Source of the DNA: Chrysomallon squamiferum
Taxonomy: Eukaryota > Animalia > Mollusca
Direction: 5' to 3'
Assembly (NCBI GenBank): GCA_012295275.1
Contig: CM022668.1
Span: forward strand, 4,774,001 to 4,838,000
Length of the DNA stretch: 64,000 bases
Shown here one piece after another: positions 46,153 through 61,252 of the stretch; position 1 is the first letter of the stretch; every line of letters starts with the position of its first letter. The notes beneath the pieces were generated by a model, which was not told the origin of the DNA, did no database searches, and saw only the letters and a program-made list of their open reading frames with translations. The translations under genes were made by a program, and so were the position numbers.

Positions 46153-48192
46153 TTGCGTTGGTGTAGGTGTGAGTGTTAATATACGATGGGTGTTAGTAAT
46201 TTGTTATTACTACAACTATATGGAATAACTATCTGTCATTCTGCAAGTGATATCGCAGTAACTGAAGAACACAGATACCTTTTACAACTTTTAAAGAGTG
46301 TGTGTATGTATATGAATGTATGTACACATAGACATAGTTCAAACATTCGTGCTTATATACATTGATTGATACATACTTATATTTACATACAACTTATGCA
46401 TCATTACATACATATACATATATATATATACAGACACATACACACACACAGGCACATTGGCACACACACACACACATACACACAGTCATGCATCCGTATA
46501 AATTCACAGACATACAGACACAGCAACATCCACACAGAAACAGAGGTTTACTATATGGTTGGATTTGGATTTGTATTTATTATTAATTTGCATGGTTAGA
46601 TTTCTATATCTGAAGTACGAATTTTCCATAGGTAATATTTATTAATAAGGTATGTCAGCGTCTATTATGCCAGTAGAAAACTGTTTAACATGTTAGTTTT
46701 ATTTTCTTTTTCTTTTTCTTTTTTTTCTTGTCTTCCTTTAGCTTGCGATATTTTATTTCGCATGGAATGTAAACGTTAACATTGAAATATAACTTTCGAA
46801 ACAAAGCATAAAGAATATTTAACTATACATTTTACAAAATATCTTACCCTAATGATAATAGAGTAAAAAAAATGTGTACAGTATAAACATAAAATATAAC
46901 AATAAATAACAAATTGGCGCCAATAATTACAGTAAATCAATAAATAAATAAATAAATAATATAATAAATAAATAAATTAAATAAGACAAAATTAAATTAA
47001 TACAATTCAAGAACCACAGGTGAACAGTAATATTACATTAAATAAATAATTTTGTTTTGTTTCAGGTGTATTAGTACAAAAACTTAAAGTATTACTATCA
47101 TTTTATTAAGAATCTTTTTCAAATTATACTACCAGTACATCGTGAAGCCATTTTATGAATGCAATTTAAATGAGTTAAAGGGGGACAACTCTTTAGGAAC
47201 ACTCTCGGTTAGTTGCATTTAAGAAAGATTCTGAAGAACCAGAAGATATTTTCTATTTGTTTTATTTTATTTTGTTTTGATTTATTTTATTATATTTATT
47301 TATTTATTTTGCTCGAAATAAACCTTTCCTAATACCTGTTACACGTTTGCTTTCCACCAAAACTGTTAGAATTTACAGACACTAATAAAATAGAAACATT
47401 TTTCTTATTCAAAATAAAGGAACGATTTAAATAAATTTAACGAAAGCAAAGAAAGAAGATTACACATCTTTCGTATTTTGTCTAATTTATAAGATATATA
47501 TATATATATTTGTAAAAAGTATATCTTTAGTGCTAGGAACAAAACTTATTTACATCTCTAGACTTTTACTGTTCTACGTGCCCTGTCATAGCTGATAACT
47601 GAGTATCAGAATAAAATAACACAAAACATTCGAATGTTATCTTTCTAACCCTTTGCAGTTGATTTCACGATCTCACAGCATACATATGGAATGAGATAAT
47701 TATTTATTGATTGACATATTCATTTATTTTATTTTATTTTATTTCATTAGACTTAATCCTATAGCTAATTAATCCGCCATGCACGCGATTTTCTCGAAAT
47801 GAAGGAGCTTGTCGATATGGCCAAAACGAAATCCTTCGAAGAAGTGTCTCATCAAAAACGCCAATCAAAATGTTCATAAGACTAAATGTAATGGCGTCCC
47901 ATTTAGTCTTTGCACTCGTTAAAGTATTTTAAACTTGTGTATCTCTATCAGTCTATCTATTCACCTATCTATGTGTTTTCCAGAACAAAAGTCATATTAA
48001 CCTGTGATACATTATAATCATGAATACAGTGAAATGACATGAACATCAAATTGGAGTGAATAACAGATATTCTTTTTCAGGAGGCTACGGTTTGAACTCT
48101 CACAGAGACACAGAGACAGGCAGACACACAAAAACTTTCAAATTTAATATAAATAAGAAAAACAAAACAAATATATGGTACATGACAACACT

Positions 48193-48872
<680 letters not shown>

Positions 48873-48890
48873 TGCTAAAACGTGGACAGA

Positions 48891-49090
48891 NNNNNNNNNN
48901 NNNNNNNNNNNNNNNNNNNNNNNNNNNNNNNNNNNNNNNNNNNNNNNNNNNNNNNNNNNNNNNNNNNNNNNNNNNNNNNNNNNNNNNNNNNNNNNNNNNN
49001 NNNNNNNNNNNNNNNNNNNNNNNNNNNNNNNNNNNNNNNNNNNNNNNNNNNNNNNNNNNNNNNNNNNNNNNNNNNNNNNNNNNNNNNNNN
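48891..49090. other. Assembly gap (200 N)
   Basis: Run of N. True distance and adjacency across the gap are unknown. Confidence 1.
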
Positions 49091-51917
49091 ATTGACGTCA
49101 GATACCACTGACAGCAAAAAAAAAAAAAAAAAAGAAAAAGAAAAGAGAAGATAATAATAAATAAATAAATAAATAAAATAAAATAAAATAGAGACCATGA
49201 TGATGAACATGACTATTCTACATACCGTAATGTGACACGTTTCTCTGCTAAAACCCATAGCAGACAGCTCTGAGTGAAGTTGTAAAACGATACTGGAAAC
49301 CACATATAATTATTTTATACTTATTTATTTATTTATTTATTTACTTATTTCCATTTTCAATGCATTAGGGTCGTATTTACACAAAAGCAAACTGACTAAT
49401 GTGTTATGAATGATTACTTTGATACATTCATTATAATGCTTGATGCAGTTTTATAACAGAAAAAAAAAAAATAAATAATAATACTAATAATAATAAAGTT
49501 CCGTCAACCGGCTGTATAAGAAAATTGGTTTAAAAATTAAATTTTCACTTTTTCAAAGAAAAAAATTCAATCCTAAAGAATATGTACTATTATGCATGCA
49601 AACAATGAGTTTCCTATTTTTATTTTTTAAAATCATTAGTCCACACATCTACAGTACATATAAAACTTTTTTTATTCATAAATTTTATTTTTCCAGATCC
49701 ATTAAGAGTTTTTTAACTTTCAAAGATGTTTGCAAACGACATCCACAAAATAAAATTGAGGATTATCGATATAGCTTTTTTGATACATTTGTAATCGTGA
49801 AAATTATTATGGACTTCCAGGCCAGAATTTGACAGCCCACCAATGGATAACGGTTGCATTGCAGTACCAGGTTTCCAATATGGATCAAAAGAAAAATAAT
49901 TAGCTCTTTATTTTGAATGATTCTAGTGATTGTTGAGTTTGACATATTGACAAGTAATTGCTATCATGTAATAAAACATTCCCTTATTTTATTATTATTT
50001 TTTATTATTATTATTTATTTATTAATTTTTTTTCTTTTTTTCTTTTTACTGTTTTTTTTTTTCTTTTTTTTTTCAGGAAGTAAAAATTATAACTTTGACA
50101 AAGAATATGAAGCAAAAAGAGAACAGGGAAAAATTTCACTTCTGACTTGCCACCATCAGTTATTTCAGTTTGATAAAAATCTCAGATATGAACTTGACTG
50201 TGACATCATCTGTTTAGATACCTAGATATTCTAAATACACAGAAATGATAGAACTGTCCAGAATGGATGAAGAATTAAAAATAAGCATTTTCAAACATAA
50301 TGTCAGAAAGACTCATTGTTTGAGTTATTTGTTGATTGCAGATGTACCAGTAAGAGGTATAAAAGGGAAGGCAGCCAATGGAACTATGTATGATGTATGA
50401 TGCTGTGGACAACTGCCATAATCAAGTCCTGTTGATGTACATTTCTGTGGTGGTTTTAAAATTTATAAATCAAGCAAAAGGCGTCTGAACCTTAATTCTG
50501 CATTTTACCTGGGTAAATTTCTTTTCTTTCCTTCATTCAACTTATTTTTACTATTTAATCTATTACATCTTTTTTTTTTTTTTTTGATCTTGGTTTTGTG
50601 AATCTATTTAGGGTCTATTCCTGGTTTCTTAATCCCACTCTGTTTTTAGAATGTTATAGACATATGATTTTTGTTTACTTTACTCTACTCTACTCTGGTT
50701 TTGAGTTTACTCTTTGTTTTTGTTTTTCAAATTTATACAGTTTTTGTTCCTGTTGTTATCTAGATAGGTCTTTGTCCCTAGTTAGTTTTAATTTGCTAAC
50801 TCACTTATCACAATTAGAAGTGTCTATTATTTTGAAGTTCATTTAAAAATATTTCAATTTGATTTGAGTCCATTTTTATCAAATTTTAATTGACAATGAA
50901 ATACAAAACAAAAATACAGTTTTAAAAATCTTGACAGTACTGTATGGAGAACAAATTAATTATTGTCTTTAGACCAGATATAATTAATTATCCTATGATA
51001 TGAAGAAACAAAATGAAAAGACAAAATGTCAGTTTAAATATTTTGTAACAATTCTTTGTTATTAAATCTCCAAAAAAAAAAAATTAGACATGTTATAATT
51101 AGTTACCCAAAACAACAGGAACCTAGTAAAACTAGCATTTTATTAAACCTTCTCTCTCAAACAATGATTACCATCTCTGGTGGATTCCATGATTCTTACA
51201 AACATTCATATTTTTTAGGATTAATTTGTTTCTGTTAATGAATCTCTGGCCTATAAGTGTGGATTTTGGTAGCTAATCCCTAGATATGGTGTTTTAGGTT
51301 CCTAGTTGTCTCATGCCTGAAAACAGTGTCTTCATGCTCTGGCTAGGTCTAGGACTCTAAAGCCGCAAACAGAAAGATTCAAAGTTTGCATTTTGTGAAG
51401 ATGGTTTATTAATATGTGAATAAATAAATAAATGATGGAATGATAATCAGCAAATTTTGAAGGATGAAGATAATTGTATATTTATTCTGTTCTTGGCAGA
51501 GGAGCAAAGGTTGCATCAGTATTTTGGTATTGTTTTATTCTGGGATTCTTTATTACCATTGTTCTTGTTTTCATAGTTATAATCATTATAATGCTGTTAT
51601 TAAAAGGTGGCATCTGCTTATTTTATTTTTGTGTCATCATCTCATCTTTATGACATTCGTTGTTGTTGTTGTTATTATATGCATCTTATTTAATGTAAAA
51701 CTTTCTGTACTTGTTACTATTTATTATTATTCTTATTCTTATTTTTTAGCTTTAACTTTTTGCCATATTATTATTGTTATTATTATTAATGTTTTTTAAT
51801 TTTTTATATATATGTTTGTAGTTATTTTTTATTCTAATTAGCATTATTATTTTTGCTTTTTGTTTTGTTGTATTTACATATGTGGTATTCTTGGTTTATT
51901 TAAAACATTTTCCAAAA

Positions 51918-51948
<31 letters not shown>

Positions 51949-54900
51949 TTTTTTTATAATTACTATTACTAATTTTATTACTAACTGCCATTACTATTAT
52001 TATTATTATTATTACTATTACTATTACTATTATTATTATTATTCTATTATTATTATTATTATTAGTAGTAGTAGTAGTAGTGGTAGTAGTATTTATTTTG
52101 TGTGTGTTTTCTTTGGCTATCAATGAATCGTGTTTTGAGTACACCATGTCAGAATGAAGGAGTGTACATTATGGTTTAGGGAAAATTACAGATGTAAATG
52201 CAAGGATGGTTACAGTGGCAGAAACTGTGAAATATGTGAGTAACCTGAAGTGAAAGTTTCCATGGATATTGAAAATATCTGAAGTGAAATAGATAGTGTG
52301 ACACTAAAATAACTGAAATGAAAGTAGATCCATAATAAACAGAAAATAATTACTTTTATTTGAAAGATGATATATTGAAATGTATTCTCTATCTTCCCAA
52401 AACATATATAATTTTTGTTTAATAAAAAAGATATACAAATAATGACCTTATTATTTTATTTATTTATTTTGTATTGTCAGGAAGGTTTGACATCAGTTTT
52501 TATGTACACTCAATCACTTTGAAATATGCAAAATGTATTTTGGATATTTATTTGTAATAATGCCATATTCTATTTTATCAATAAACAAAACAAAATTAAA
52601 TTATGATATTAGCCCTAAATCGACTACTTTTGGCTATAAACAATTAAAATTGTCATGTAAAAGGCTTGGCCAAACAGCATATATCTCAGGTGTATTCAAA
52701 CTGTTTTTTCAGACATATGTGACATCTATTATCAATACCTACCACATATCTGTCGAAGGCTTTCTGAAAACCAGATAACAAATGATGATCCATCGCTTGA
52801 CGACAATATCGATGAAATATCATATTTTTGGAAATCCTGGTTTTCAAGTTGCTTGGTAGGCAACCATCGATAAAACACATGTGGCACGAAGTCTCCTATA
52901 TGGTTCAGTAGTAAAGTATATAGATTAAAAAAAACTGTACTGAATTTAAGTGTTTGTAATAAAGTGTAAAGAATGGAATGTAGCCATGGTGAAAGCAAGT
53001 TTTATTCAGTCCTATCCATCATAATTATTCTATCAAGTTTCTATGAGTTATTATTTTTTAAAGTAAATCAATTGGCATCTGAACAAATCAGTTATGTTGT
53101 AAGCTTGCACATCCTTACACACAAACATGTTGTATGATTTTAACATCATGAGGACTTCACTTATTCAAAATCTGAAACTTTTTCTGTGCAGCTGAAATGG
53201 CATTATCAGTATTTTTCAAATTGTTTAGTATACACAAACTGTATTTCATGAACAAAATTATTAAAAAAAAAAAAAAAAAAAAAGAATTCTGCAGATTATC
53301 TGTATAAACTACAGATAAAACTAAACAGATTTTTCTTTTAAACTTTGATCCTCTGATCCAAAGTTTTTCAGACCAGGTTTCTCAGTCTGTACTATGTTAA
53401 AGGTTTGTTCATTCTTTTGTAGAGTTGCCTCAGTCTGATACTGAAGGACAAAGTTTGAAACTGTTGGGTGTGTGTTGTCACCAGGGGAAACAGATCAGCC
53501 AAAAAATGATAAAAATTAAAAGTTTATTATTGTAAGAAGTGCACTTGTACAAGTTAAAAAAGAACCCAAAGAATGCATCATATTGCTTCGGCATGTTGTT
53601 TTTGATAGATCTATTATATATATATCTTTCAGTTCCTCTCTCTCTCTCTCTCTCTCTCTTGTAATAATTTTGTTTTTTTGATTATTTATTTACTCTTTTG
53701 TTTGTAGTTTTCTTCATTTGTTTTATATATATTTTTTTTGTTTTTTTGTTTATTTGATTGCTTTTATTTACCTGATTTTCTATTTATTTGTATGTTTGTT
53801 TATGTTTTTATCTGTTTATCTGTTTTCTATTTTTTATCTGTTTTCCTGTTTGTCTTTGTTTGTTTGTATATTTAACAGTTTTTCTGTTTGTTTGTTTATT
53901 TATCTGTTTATCAGGGAATTTGTTTCTCTGTTTGTTTATTTTCTGTTCAACAGTTTATTTGTTTATTGGTTTGCTTATTAATGTAAGTTTCTGTTTATTT
54001 CTTTTTCCACAGTGTGTGATGAAACAGCACCAGTCATTCATACGTGCAGATGTAACAAAGTGGGGGATCTGCAACACTGTGATAGATTAAGTAGGAGATT
54101 TAGTATAGTGATGTAGATAGCAGTACCTGTTTTAATATCATAACTGAATTATTAAAATGAAATAGGATTTTTGCGATGCAATCAATAATATATAATATAT
54201 AACACTCTCTATATAATAACTTTTGTTTGTTATAAAAAGTTTTCATAATATATACGTGTCTGACTATCTGTGTATCTCTGTCTTTCTTTTGTCTATTCAG
54301 CTTTTTTGTTTGTTTGTTTGTTTGTCTGTTTGTTTATTTGTTGTATTTTAATTTGGTAGTGAATCCGTGTAACAGTTATCTACCCTTACCAAACCCATGC
54401 CAGCGACTTTGGATCAACAAAAAAGAAAAGTTCAGAAGATTCTCTTAGTGATAATGATATCTCAATTAAAACATATTTTGGACATCACGGATTTAAACTG
54501 AGGGACAGGCTACCCACCAACCGCAGACCAGTGTGGAAGTCTTCGGCCCATTTGGATTAAAAGAAGAGAAATTAATTCATGTATGTTACAAAGTAGTGGA
54601 TATACATAATGGGTGTATGCGTTATGGCATAATAGTTGTGTAATGTATTAATCTGTCACAGATAAATTTTTTTCTTTGGCTAATTTCTGGTATGGGTGTG
54701 TGTATGTGTGTCTGTATTATATTATATATATCTATATATATATATAGATATATATATCTTTCAGTGTGCAATAAGTGTGTTTTATATATATATGCTTTTC
54801 TGTATGTTTTTGTATGGATATGTATGAGTGTGTGTATCTGTACACTTTTATATGTCTGTGTGTGTGTGTGTCTGTATACTTTCATATGTCTGTGTGTGTG

Positions 54901-55056
54901 TCTGTCTGGGTCTGTGCCTGTTTGTGTTTGATAATACAAGGGTTATTCAGTACATAATACCATTTGTGATAGTCTGTATTCTGTAGATGATGAATTTAAC
55001 ACATTACTACACAAAAGCTTTTATGGCCACCGTCAGATGAAAATGTGACACTGATT

Positions 55057-55440
55057 TGTGTAATTATTTCACAGAGTGTGTTTTCAGTACGTTCAGATGT
55101 GTTTGTGTTACAGTGTTTTATGTAATTATTTCACAGTGTGTTTTTCAGTACATTCAGCTGGTATTGTGTTACATTTTTTTATGTAATTATTTCACAGTGT
55201 GTTTATCAGTACATTCAGCTGGTATTGTGTTACACTGTTTTGTGTAATTATTTCACAGTGTGTTTTTCAGTACATTCAGCTGGTATTGTGTTACACTGTT
55301 TTATGTAATTATTTCACAGTGTGTTTTCAGTACATTCAGCTGGTATTGTGTTACACTGTTTTATGTAATTATTTCACAGTGTGTTTTTCAGTACATTCAG
55401 CTGGTATTGTGTTACACTGTTTTGTGTAATTATTTCACAG
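55057..55440 (+). repeat. ~61-bp tandem repeat ending at a splice acceptor
   Basis: Unit tgtaattatttcacagtgtgtttttcagtacattcagctggtattgtgttacactgttttr, about 6 copies. The last tatttcacag is the acceptor of exon 55441. Confidence 0.9.
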
Positions 55441-56921
55441 AGTTGCCTGATGAGGAGGAAGGGGTTGGTGTGAATGTCACTGCCTGTGTAGTTACTCCAG
55501 GGAGAACCTGTGATGTGAAGCTGCTGTTGACCGGTGCACTTCTGCAAGGATCTGCTAGTTTACAGACTTTCAAAAACTCAGCAGAATTCAGCTTACTGTC
55601 TGGGTGGGTCTTGATGTCTGTCTTCTGTTGTGAACATTCTAAGCTTGTGTTTTTGTCTGTGTATAAGTATGTGCATGCTTGTGTGTGTGTGTGTGTCTGT
55701 GGAAGTGAGTGCATGTTTGTGTTTTTGTCTGAAAGTATGTGCATGTTTGTGCGTATATTTCTGTAAGTGTGTGTTTGTGTATGTAATTGTATGCATTGGT
55801 GTGTGCATGTTTTTGTATGTTGGGTGTAAGTATGTGCATGCATGTGTTGTGTGTGTGTATGCATTTTTATTCATTTTAAGTGCATGTTTGTGTGTTTATG
55901 TTTGGATGTGTATGTTTGAGTAGGTTTATGCATGTTTATGTGTTTGTGTCAAGTGTGTGCATTTGGTGTGTTTATGTTAGCATGCATGTTTGTTCATAAG
56001 ACTGTATTGGTGTGTTTAAATTGTGTGCAAGTTTGTGTGTTAGTGTAAATGTACATCTTTGAGTGTTTGAGCGAGTTTGTGTGTATAAGTGTGCATAATT
56101 TGTTTTTGTGTAGATGTGCATGTTTGTATAAGTGTTTGTATGTGTATTTATGTAAGTGTATGCATGTTTGTATACTTTTGTAAGTGTGCACTTCTATGTA
56201 TGTTTGTATGTTTGAGAATGTGTTTCAGCATTCATTTGTATTTCATATTATTGCCACAAGAACAATTTAAAAAAAAGTATTAGTTTGGAACATCCTGTAT
56301 TTACAAAGGATCTATATCTATATTTTATCTATATCGATCTATCTATCTGTCTATCTATCTATATATCTGTTTATCTGTCTATCTATCTGTCTGTCTATCT
56401 ATCAATATAGATACTTATATAGACAGATAAGACAGACAGATAGATAGACATAAACAGATATGGTTGAATATATTCATACTGATTTATAGATAAATAGATA
56501 GCTATAGACACATACAAACACATGCATGCAGGCACAATCAAATACAAAAACAGAAGTGTCTGCATTTTTTGTTGGTTGATGATATGAAATTTTCTAGTAA
56601 AAGGTTCATTATCTTCAAAGTGGTGCTCACCTTTGGAACCATTGTTGATCAGATTGTCATACAGTTTGCACACAGTAACACCTTGTTTATTCTAATTCCA
56701 AATAAAGTGTCCCCACAAAAAACAAAAAAAACAATAGATGACAGTGTTTCCTGTTCCTATGCCTTATTATGATAAGTAATACTTACAACATTGTTATCTG
56801 TGTTTTGTAGATTTTGACATGAAGAGGTGTCCAGAATGTGGACGTAGCCTTGATTCTAAAAAGTGTAGATGTCTGCAACAAGAACATGGAATCCAGTGTG
56901 AAGACAGTATGTAATCTGTTG

Positions 56922-57119
<198 letters not shown>

Positions 57120-57444
57120 GTCAGTTAGTTATAATACCATACTTAGGTTGTAACAATTTGTGTGTGCATGCTTTGTCTCAGATATTGTGCTGAAAAAGAC
57201 TCAGTAAGATTATAAAGAAATTAGAAACAACACAATTGTACAGAAATCTTTCGTAAGCATAAAAATATGTTTTGCATTTTTTAGCACATAAAATGATAAA
57301 AACTTAACTGTAAAGATTAAAAACAGAATCCAAAAATATCAAACTTTTTTCAGTCATGTGATTAAACTGGCCAATATATTATAATCTGTTTTTCCAGTGT
57401 ATTTGTTTTAAAAATATTAAAGATAATGTCTTTTTTTTTTTTAG

Positions 57445-57557
57445 CAACTGATTACTGTGCTAGTAATCCCTGTAAAATGATGGTGTATGTTTAAATGCTT
57501 TCAGTACCTATGTCTGTAGGTGTTCTAAAAGATATTTTGGGAAACACTGTGAAAATA
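57445..57557 (+). pseudogene. EGF-like exon with a 1-nt deletion
   Basis: TDYCASNPCK/(N)DGVCLNAFSTYVCRCSKRYFGKHCEN with AG/GTGAGT boundaries. It is 113 nt, one A short at tgtaaaatga. Confidence 0.85.
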
Positions 57558-58088
57558 GTGAGTTTTTATCTTTTCATTTGTATAGTTTTCTTTTTAAATT
57601 TTCGTAAAATGTTCAATTAAATGTTGGTGTGTTCTTTATCAGTAAGTTTGTCTGATTATGCATGTATTTTTCTAATTATCCATCAGTTTGTCTGTCTTCC
57701 AGCTGTTTGTTTATGTGTTAGTATAACTGTCTTTCAGTCAGTGTGTCTACTTGTTTAACTCTCCAACTGTGATTTCTTGATCTGACTGTCTGTCTGTCTG
57801 TCTGTTGAATTTCACAGATAATCTTTTTGTGTCTTGGTCTGGCTTTCCTTCTGTCTGTCTGTCTATCTGCGTCTGAGCAATCAAACTGTGATGCTTGTCC
57901 CTCTGTCAAAGTTTCTGTCTGTCTGTTTATCTGTCAGTTTCTCTGAACTTTACAGGCATTACAGTACACTCATTTTGTCTGCCTGTCTGTTTATGATTGT
58001 CTTATAAATTGTTTAAGAACACTCAGTTTGATTTTCACTCTCTCTGTCTGTCTGTTTATCTGTCAGTCTCTCTGTCTCTGTGTTACAG

Positions 58089-58297
58089 GTGGTCCCAGTA
58101 CACTAATTCTGATGCTAATTCTGATTCTCAGCCTGTTTTTCTTAATAATGGCTGGATACTTCATCATAATGTAAGTCATTTCACCAAAATACATCAGTAA
58201 ACAAAGAGAGAGAAAGAAAAACTAACAAACACAGAATCACTGAGATTAGCTGAGATTAGCTGATTACTGAGCAAAAAAGAAGTGTATGTGAAAAAAG

Positions 58298-58374
<77 letters not shown>

Positions 58375-58761
58375 GCTTTTCAAATCTTTTGCTTTAGAAT
58401 TTTTCGTTTCTTTTGCTTGCATTATTGTTCATTTCTTGTCATTTTAGTTTCATTTGAGTTTATTTTATTTATATACATATTTGTGGTTTATTGCACATTT
58501 ACTGTTGTTTGTGTTGTTGATTTTGCGTTTGATTTCTGTTCCAGTTTGAGCAGAAAATATGAACAGCAGTCTGATCAGCAGATGCTAAACACTTATATGA
58601 CTGAAAAAGAAAGTGAAAGTAGCCAGGACAGTGACAGCAAAAATGACATCAGCCTTGATGAGATCCAGAGTGACCTTGGCTTTGGAGAGGCTGAAATTGA
58701 TAGTATTTATGAATCTGATTATACCCTCCACAACATTACATCCAAAAGAACTGATATATAG
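58089..58761 (+). CDS. Intact transmembrane exon and cytoplasmic-tail exon
   Basis: 58089-58170 GPSTLILMLILILSLFFLIMAGYFII(I) splices in phase 2 to 58545-58761 LSRKYEQQSD..DSIYESDYTLHNITSKRTDI*. Confidence 0.7.
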
Positions 58762-59240
58762 TATTCTCACTTTATAACCTACACATGCATATATGCATGC
58801 ACACACACACACACACACACACATACACACACACATACATCACACACAGTTTGACAGTGGAGAAGCTGAGAATAAAAAAGTAATGGACAGTATAATGTTT
58901 GTCTTGAAATTAAGGATTCAGGAAAACTAAGATCAACAGTATGGCAGATTGACAGAGGTCTAGATGTTTTTATGAGAAACACTGATCCAGCCTAAACTGT
59001 TGAACAGATTCAATATGATCATGTAGTTTGTATAAAGTATCATAAAAAGTGCATGAGCCAGACCCTGAAACTTGAGGTTGTCTACCAGATTATTATAATG
59101 TGGACTTTTAGTTGGTAAAACTTGTGAAATATTAGATTATTAATGACGTTTTATTATATGAAATACAGATAGTAACTATACCTGAACTATGTTAAAAGCC
59201 AGTAACATATCTGAATGTTGAATGATATTGTTCTAGCTAT

Positions 59241-59478
59241 GTTGAAACCCTAGTGATGTACTTCAACTTATATTGAAACCTAGTGATGTACCTCAACTTA
59301 TATTGAAACCTAGTGATGTACCTCAACTTATATTGAAACCCTAGTGATGTACTTCAACTTATATTGAAACCCTAGTGATGTACTTCAACTTATATTGAAA
59401 CCCTAGTGATGTACTTCAACTTATATTGAAATCTTAGTGATATTAACCTTGACTTATATTGAAGCCCTGGTGATATAT
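59241..59478 (+). repeat. 30-31 bp minisatellite
   Basis: About 7-8 copies of ttgaaaccctagtgatgtacttcaacttata. Confidence 0.92.
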
Positions 59479-59837
59479 TCCTCTTTATATGAAACATTAT
59501 TATTATCAGTGGTTAATGTAGGCATTGTGTTTATTTGTTAGTGTATAACTGAAAGTACAAGATCCTTCGAACTAATATTATAAGCCAATGTTTTAATGTT
59601 TCAATGTATTTACATGTATAAAAAGTACAATTATTGATATGTATGTTGATTAAGATACTTCTTTCACTTGAATCAATGTACATTTATTCATGTTGCTGGA
59701 TTTGAGTATGAGTTGAAACATCTGTTGCAAGCTTAAAGCCTGTAAGAGTCTGTAAGATTTCAGTTTAGTTATCACACAACTTTATTATCTGTTAGTGCAT
59801 GAACAGTTGGGCCTATACAGAGTTCTGTAGTTGAGGG

Positions 59838-60157
59838 CAGGGGTCATCAACCATTTTGAACACGAGAGCTACTTCATAGTATCAGTTTGTTACACTCTTC
59901 TGAAATAACAAATTTGTTCAGTTTATCTTTAGTTATATATTATTATTATCTAGGTGAAGACACTGATGACGTTAATGATTTCTCACAATAATTATCACCA
60001 GTGTATTTAACAAGGTTGGATACAGATAATGTCAGTATTCAACCTTTAGTTCTGTTGATCTCAGTAATTGTTTAAATTGTAGGAACAGGCCTGCGGGCGA
60101 CTCATGTGGTTCTTGTGGACCACCTGGTGCCCGTGGTCACTGTTTTGCAGATCCCTG
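59838..60157. mobile_element. Non-autonomous hAT (Charlie-like) MITE, 320 bp
   Basis: Imperfect TIRs CAGGGGTC... and ...GATCCCTG. Flanking 8-bp TSD GTTGAGGG / GTTTAGGG matches at 7 of 8 positions. The subterminal region is GC-rich. Confidence 0.82.
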
Positions 60158-61252
60158 GTTTAGGGCATCAACGTGTTTATAATTCACTGTACTTGTTTTC
60201 TCAGTTCCCACGTCTAGTTTGAAAGTATTTTTCTAAAATATGTTGGGTACTCTTCTTAGTAAATATGAGATTGTGTGTCAGGTGTTAGCATATAATGTTA
60301 AAATAATAATTTTTCGAAAAGAAAAACACACTAATTGTCACAAATTGAGTATTAAAACTTGTTAAATAAAAATGTATGTTACATAATGATAACGATAATA
60401 CCTAGGATGATGATAACTAATACGACCAGGGCTATCCGAATGTGAACGTGACGATTCAACAGAGAGTTTTACGTCACAGAAGAAAGGTAATAGTTTTACA
60501 GAGCCTCGGTCTCGCTAATTCTACAACGAGTGACAGCTGTTAAAATGGAGGAATATAAAAATAGGAAAATGCGTTTAATGGATGTTCGTTTGACAGGACG
60601 GCGGACAGTGCCTCGTTTTCGTTTTGTGACACAGGAACTGTGTTCTCTGGATTTTTGGGTTTTTGAAAACGTTTGTATCGTATACAACAGCAAAGAACAT
60701 TTACCATTCAGCTTACATCAGTGTAAAAATAAAATTATGAAAATTTTGGAATCCTCAAAAAAAAAAAAACACCAAAAAACCCCAAAGACTTTTCTAGAAA
60801 TAGCCATTTCAGTAATATTGATCTTTTGGACATTTCGGAAACCAGGTGTATGATCAAACAAAATGGAAAAATCAGAGTTTGTAGCCCAAATTACCTAAAT
60901 AGGAAGTGGGGATTCAGCTGTTGGGTGATCTGTCTTTGAATGACCCAGCATGTACTATTCAAGTCAACCCACTTTACTTTTCTGTAAAAAAAACCTATTA
61001 ATAACTTTACAACGGAAAATATATAAAATAATAATAATAATAATAATAATATCTGTTAATGTTGTTTTTATTTTTGTTACTACTACATCTGCTACTATTA
61101 ACTCTAGTACAACTACTATAGTAAATAAATAAATAAATAAATAACTTAATTTATTAATTTTGAATGAAAAAAATATAAAGAGTAATAATGGTTTCATACT
61201 TTTATTTCTTATTAATTTGACGACGTTTCTTTTTCACGATTTTTCTCCAGAT

